From positions 814,769-878,768 of the forward strand of contig NW_003314311.1 in assembly GCF_000143415.4 (NCBI RefSeq): DNA of 64,000 nt, written 5' to 3'. The position numbers were made by a program, and so were the translations under genes. Under the pieces are notes generated by a model that worked only from the letters and a program-made list of their open reading frames with translations, ran no database searches and was not told the origin of the DNA. Below are positions 61,809 to 64,000 of the stretch, one piece after another (the stretch's first letter is position 1; each line of letters opens with the position of its first letter). The stretch is from Selaginella moellendorffii (taxonomy: Eukaryota; Plantae; Lycopodiophyta).

Positions 61809-64000
61809 AACTCATACAAACCAGATGATGTACGAAAAGTAGTCTTAAGAATATCTTTCTTGGCCATTGGCACTTGCCATTACCCAAAAGCAAGATCTAA
61901 CTTTGTGAACCAATGACTTCTCCCCAAATAATCTAAGAGATCTGCAATGTGAAAAAAAGGGTACACATCCGAGATCATCACTTTGTTTAATGAATGATAC
62001 TTGATGCAGAAACAAATGCTCCTATCAGGCTTCATCACAAGATAAGGTTCACATCCCCAAGGACTCCATAACTTTTGAATAACATTTTTTTTCAACATCT
62101 CTTTGACATTTGTGTATAAAATCTTGATTTCTTTTGATGGCCGAAAACGAATAGAAGCCTTGATTGGACGAGTATTCTCAATTGGAATAGGATGACGTGT
62201 TGCAATCTTGGCCCCAAACGACAAATCAAATTCAAAGAGATTAATATACTCCTTCATAAGCTAGTCAATCACTACAACATAAAGACCGTCGTAAGGATCG
62301 GAAAAGAGAATAGAGGAATAAAATGGAAATATAGAAGGAAGTAATAAAGAGATAAAAGTGATGGAAGCAGAGCTAAAAGCAAAGGGACGGAAATGAATAA
62401 AAGTGAGAGGAATGGAAAAAATATAAGAAAGTATGAGACAAAGGGGAAAAGCCTCAAAGTCACACTTGGCATGATTGTGCCGCAACCAATCCATACCAAT
62501 GATGAGGTCAAAAACTTGACTTAACACTACTAACAATGACTGCAATTCAAGCTTGAGATTGCCCACACACATAATTAGGTCCACCTCATCCTGTGCACAT
62601 ACATGTGTATAGCCATTGCCATACAAAATGAAAACTGACTCTGCTGCATGATGTAAATGTAGAGAGCAATATGTGGCAACAAGCCAAACAATAGATTATA
62701 AACTCAAGCCTATATCAACTAACATAAAGAGAATAAAAAGAGACCTTTTATTTTAAAAACAAGTTTGGAAAGAAAACACTAAATGAATTAGTGTTAAGTG
62801 AACCTCTTGATGATGCTCTAGAAAGAAAGATGGAGAGGTCACTAACTTATTCACACATGGACCCTCCTTTACTTGTACAACTTTTCATTTCCCAAAAGCA
62901 TCTCAATGTCTAGACCTTTTATTGCAGTAGCACCAACAGGACATTGTTGATACCAAAATTTCCACCAAGGAAATAGAAGCCATTAATTCGGAAAATGTTG
63001 ATAACACTGATAAATGTGACCAACTTCATTGCACACTTAGTAGTGGGCATCATGGCCACAACTACATCCTTGCCCTTGCCCTTGAACTTTGGTAGCAGCA
63101 ACATCAACATCTATTGGAACAAAATCATCTCCCACAAGAAGTGGAGCTAAAGAACATATAGCAAAAAGTGGAAGAAGTGATATCTCATAATATTGTGCTA
63201 AGTGAAAAGTATTATCACTAGCTGGAGCAAGTGCATACACAAATCTTATAAGATCTTGATGAAATGCTAGCCATAACATTCCCAACTTGATCCGCTTTGA
63301 CATATTTAGCTCCGCACGAAGCAAAAGGCTTAAAAAATGAATGCCAAATTTCATCATAGACTTAAATGGCTCTTAATGAAGATGATGCAATTGTTTGAAG
63401 GCATTATCACAATTATCAACATATCCAAATACGAGTTTAAAGATATTTGAGAGAATGCTCTAATCCTTATGAGTGGCTGTGCTTAAACCATTGTACCATT
63501 GCAATGTTGTCCCTTAGAAATATGTGGGGAAATTCACGCAAACACTAAGCATCATCCCAAGAATAATATATGGCAATCATTGTGAAGTGATTAAACCAAT
63601 AGTCATCAAGAAATTGCACCAACTACTACTCTAGAGTCAAAGGAGGAGGAGGCTACTACTTTGCCATGAAGATGAATAAAAAAGAAAGAGCAAAAGAGAA
63701 AAAGTTGAGAAAAGTTATAAGAAAGGGAGATTTAGACAATACAAAAAATATATCTAAACCAAAATCTGTATAAACTCTTATATGGTCATAATCCAATACT
63801 ATCATGATTGAATCATGATAGTATTTACCGCACTAAAATTTGACTTGAGTTTAGGGTTTCAGCTAAACCCTTAACCTAAAAATTAAGGGTTTACCTTAAC
63901 TGGTTTACCTTCATGATTGCCACAAACTACCAATGCTAGGTTGTGGAATCAATATTTGACGAACATTCTTCTACTTGTCCAAATAGAATTTACCTAACAC

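Larger units (their letters stand above)
58650..63650 (-). mobile_element. Element D: heavily decayed Ty3/gypsy retrotransposon carrying two nested insertions
   Basis: Protease LVDIGLSYN (~62700). RT ICFCIKYHSLN / FTKLDLAFG / KTTFRTSSGLYEF / FIDD / LKRSKCMF / VDPNK. RNase H NYFMTKKECLAIVW (~59300). Ends not defined. Confidence 0.75.

Overview
Eukaryotic plant nuclear DNA. The very short introns (about 45-70 bp), tight gene packing, CLE/NPF/DYW content and Ty3/gypsy nests point to a small-genome early-diverging land plant; a Selaginella-like lycophyte is my inference, not something the sequence proves. About 1-26 kb is a transposon block: a minus-strand chromovirus (element C) interrupted by a plus-strand Ty3/gypsy element (A, 710-12735), which is itself interrupted by a younger non-coding LARD-like element (B, 3644-10894). 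A B-family LTR also sits inside C's LTR, followed by a decayed MULE/SWIM transposase and a heavily deleted second A copy. About 26-58 kb is gene-rich: an NPF/PTR transporter, a MYND-finger/DUF4470-like gene, tRNA-His(GTG), a CLE peptide precursor (RLVPSGPDPLHH), MSH4, a BTR1-like triple-KH protein, a DUF179 protein and several unknown genes. Mixed in are a TRIM-like element and a patchwork of eroded gene fragments (DYW, MSH4, CLE) largely copied from the neighbouring genes. About 58.6-64 kb is another decayed gypsy element, interrupted by a solo LTR and a 1.44-kb unclassified insert with an 18-bp target-site duplication. The most unusual items are (i) element B, with near-identical LTRs, a 'ghost' pol, a G-box/ABRE array, a hairpin beside the PBS and an LTR segment shared with chromovirus C, and (ii) the MSH4-CLE chimeric fragment mosaic. 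All alignments were done by eye, and no database searches were run. I found no evidence for a wholly new multi-gene system.
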